The translations under genes and the position numbers were made by a program. The notes beneath the pieces are model-generated. The model had not been told where the DNA came from. It saw nothing but the letters and a program-made list of their open reading frames with translations, and made no database searches. Positions 62,432 through 64,000 of a DNA stretch of 64,000 nt are shown here, piece after piece; within the stretch, counting starts at the first letter, position 1; every line of letters starts with the position of its first letter. This DNA is from Chrysomallon squamiferum (taxonomy: Eukaryota > Animalia > Mollusca). Location of the stretch: contig CM022673.1 in the NCBI GenBank assembly GCA_012295275.1, forward strand, positions 15,624,001 through 15,688,000, given 5' to 3'.

Positions 62432-64000
62432 GAGACAGGCAGAGAGATAAAGATATAGCTATAAGATTGACAGATGAATAGAGAGGGGTAAATCGAGAAA
62501 GCCAAAAACAGAAAAATTAATTTATTTGTTAAAAGGACGGACAGTCAGTGATGGGGAAAATGGGCGACTGAGGGAAAGGAACAGAGGCAATCTGTGTAAC
62601 ACAGGTTATTCTATCGCAAATCATCTAGAATACTTCAAAAACGCTTTAACATTACAAACCCACTCTACAATAAATTTTTCGAATGCATACATTCGTAAAT
62701 CATTTTTTTACTTTTTTTAACTATGAGAGAAAACAGACGTTCACACGCTGAAACGTGCAGATCACAAAACAAGATGTAGGCTTCTGTGAATGATTCCACA
62801 GTCTACTGAACAACGTTCTTCACAGCATGGTCACGTGATATGATCAAAAAAATCTGGGCTACCACGGATTGCACGTTGGCCCAGTGTTGTTGAAAACAGG
62901 ACGGATATTTTTAAACTGTACTCGGTGAAACGGAATGTGAAAATAATTAGCAGTTTTAGTCTTTCATCTTTTTTTTATAATTTAGATTACATTTTACATC
63001 CTGTCAGATCTGATTAGAACAAAACAGCAGCAGTATGTACGTAATATTAATAATAAAGTTTGTTACCAGTGCTGGGCTTTTTATACTGTTATTTGCAGAT
63101 ATTAGAATTGACTTGAAAGTTATCTTTTTGAAAGAATAATATATCTTTTATAATTTGTAATTTTTTTCTTAATTTTTATTTTTATTTTTATTTTTATTTT
63201 TTTTTGTTGTTGTTGTTTTTTGTTTTGTTTTTGGTTTATTTTCTTTTAGATATGTATATTTCTAATATTTTAATACATATTTGTCTAAATACAAGGATAA
63301 GACCGTATATACGTTCGTATGGTAAAAACAGGAGTCTATAAACACACAGATTTACTGTATTATTGTGATGGGAGAAATGCGTTACTGTTACTGATTAGCA
63401 GCATAGATATGAAAGTGTAATGTTACTAATATGAAGCACTGGCCGAGATGAAAAGTTGGCCAAATGTATGTGCTAAGAAGGTTTAATTACTTGGCATTTA
63501 GCATCTCAGTCTCATGTTCTAACCTCGCAGGCATAGCCTGGATATAGAAAGAGAAAATGAAAACGAAAGGAAAAGAAAGAAAGAAAGAAATTACGAAACA
63601 AACGAAGAAAGAGAAAAAAGGAAACAAGAATGAAAAAAGAATACTATATTTTTCTGCGACATAAAAGAGGTATGAAGAAATAATCATTCTAAACAATTAT
63701 GAAACAGACGATATTATAACACACGATAAGAGAAAAAGAGTGAAAGATGAGGAAAGAAATTAACAAGAAATAAAGAATTAGAAAGAATGGATAAAAAAAT
63801 ATGTATATATGAAAGAAACTTGAAAACAATAATTACACCTGTCTTTGATGTTCAGTTTTCTAATTCCTTCGGACACTGCCCTCAAATTAAGAAGTAAAAC
63901 ATGCAGAAACATTTAAACTGTACAGGCAGTTAGAACAGAGCGATCTGGGGCGGGTCCCTTTGTGTGCATGTACACTTGGGACATCTATCGTAAAACGTCT

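Overview
AT-rich, microsatellite-dense animal genomic DNA; the (AG)n/(AAT)n/(TATG)n density suggests a mollusc, possibly a cephalopod, but that is inference only. Almost all ORFs in the track are simple-repeat artefacts. The main content is one minus-strand spliced gene reconstructed by hand from four phase-compatible coding exons (37434-28698, 27193-26885, 18815-18686, 7583-7478; 9282 nt, 3093 aa). It encodes a secreted precursor: signal peptide, acidic Tyr/poly-Pro leader, a ~2170-aa Cys-free His/Ser/Asn-rich block of hierarchical 8/9-aa repeats full of N-x-S sequons, Asp-rich segments, and one C-terminal thyroglobulin type-1 (TY) domain that the ORF track misses because an 11-kb intron splits it. 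Four R-x-K-R-N furin-type sites and a fifth KR site lie at the compositional boundaries, suggesting a polyprotein cut into His-rich, basic, acidic and TY modules. I do not recognise it as a named gene. Other content: CRE motifs just upstream of the ATG, nuclear-receptor half-site arrays, a candidate first exon of a divergent plus-strand gene (~46.4-46.6 kb), an internally deleted FLYWCH/Mutator-like transposon, a probable decayed RTE-like LINE, a perfect 31-bp inverted repeat, a 28-bp minisatellite and two dispersed local duplications.
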